From the IMG/VR virus record IMGVR_UViG_3300010218_000003, positions 66,124 through 121,054 of that record: DNA of 54,931 bases; one strand, written 5' to 3'. Position 1 is the first letter of the stretch. The number at the start of each line of letters is the position of its first letter. Both the position numbers and the translations under genes were made by a program. Positions 54,857-54,931 of the stretch are shown one piece after another. The notes beneath the pieces were generated by a model. It worked only from the letters and a program-made list of their open reading frames with translations. It searched no databases and was not told where the DNA came from. This DNA comes from a virus (taxonomy: Duplodnaviria > Heunggongvirae > Uroviricota > Caudoviricetes).

Positions 54857-54931
54857 CACGGGCCTTCGGGCCGGGGCGGCGAGACAAATCGGACATAATT
54901 TCATGTTGACCCTAGCCGCCTGCCCTGTTAG

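Larger units (their letters stand above)
46685..54880. repeat. Dispersed intergenic GCCGCCCCGG motif
   Basis: Exact forward copies at 48688, 49394, 49778, 50519, 51205, 51653, 52187, 52666, 52960, 53603; variant at 46685; reversed copies at 47501, 54066, 54871 (and 47377 inside an ORF). Confidence 0.92.

Noticed and set aside
44221-54904. Minus-strand ORFs opposite accessory genes (44221..44772, 45030..45575, 50064..50396, 51266..51652, 53030..53494, 54575..54904)
   Set aside because: Shadows of GC-biased plus-strand genes whose promoters, RBS and terminators all point rightward
48680-54931. CRISPR array interpretation of the repeated GC motif
   Set aside because: Repeat core is only 10 bp, spacing is 300-900 bp and filled by genes; no cas genes
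1-54931. Terminase, integrase or repressor cassette
   Set aside because: No ORF with the relevant motifs in this window; they may lie outside it

Overview
The window is ~55 kb of a large, lytic-type tailed phage genome, probably an actinobacterial (Streptomyces-type) siphovirus. The host and cluster are inferred from gene content, HrdB-like TTGACA-N17/18-TAGACT promoters, leaderless genes and a DUF2637-type gene; none of this was database-checked. Layout: (1) 1-40561, minus strand: replication genes (start of dnaE, SSB, primase, DnaB helicase, HTH regulator), holin, phosphoesterase, tail module (2009-aa fibre/RBP, minor tails, tape measure, frameshifted chaperone, major tail), head module (adaptor, capsid, protease/scaffold, portal), endolysin, class II ribonucleotide reductase and a glycosyltransferase. 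(2) 40562-41127: ORF-free divergent control region with several promoters and structured RNA candidates. (3) 41128-46685, plus strand: accessory genes (secreted transglycosylase, HNH, tRNA-Thr, Dps, DUF2637 membrane protein, ThyX). (4) ~46690-48700: repeat-rich island that may be a genome end or origin. (5) 48700-54931: array of small-gene cassettes, mostly separated by a terminator + GCCGCCCCGG motif + promoter. Strongest leads: 23 GTGACA/TGTCAC sites packed into the 3' end of the DUF2637 gene and the promoter after it (candidate self-binding, membrane-tethering system); a small RNA with two hairpin loops that are exactly complementary over 9 nt; the modular cassette array; two ribosomal L7/L12-like paralogues; and a probable ATA start for the tape measure gene. 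No terminase, integrase or CRISPR array was seen. Family names are recognised by eye from motifs, not from HMM searches.
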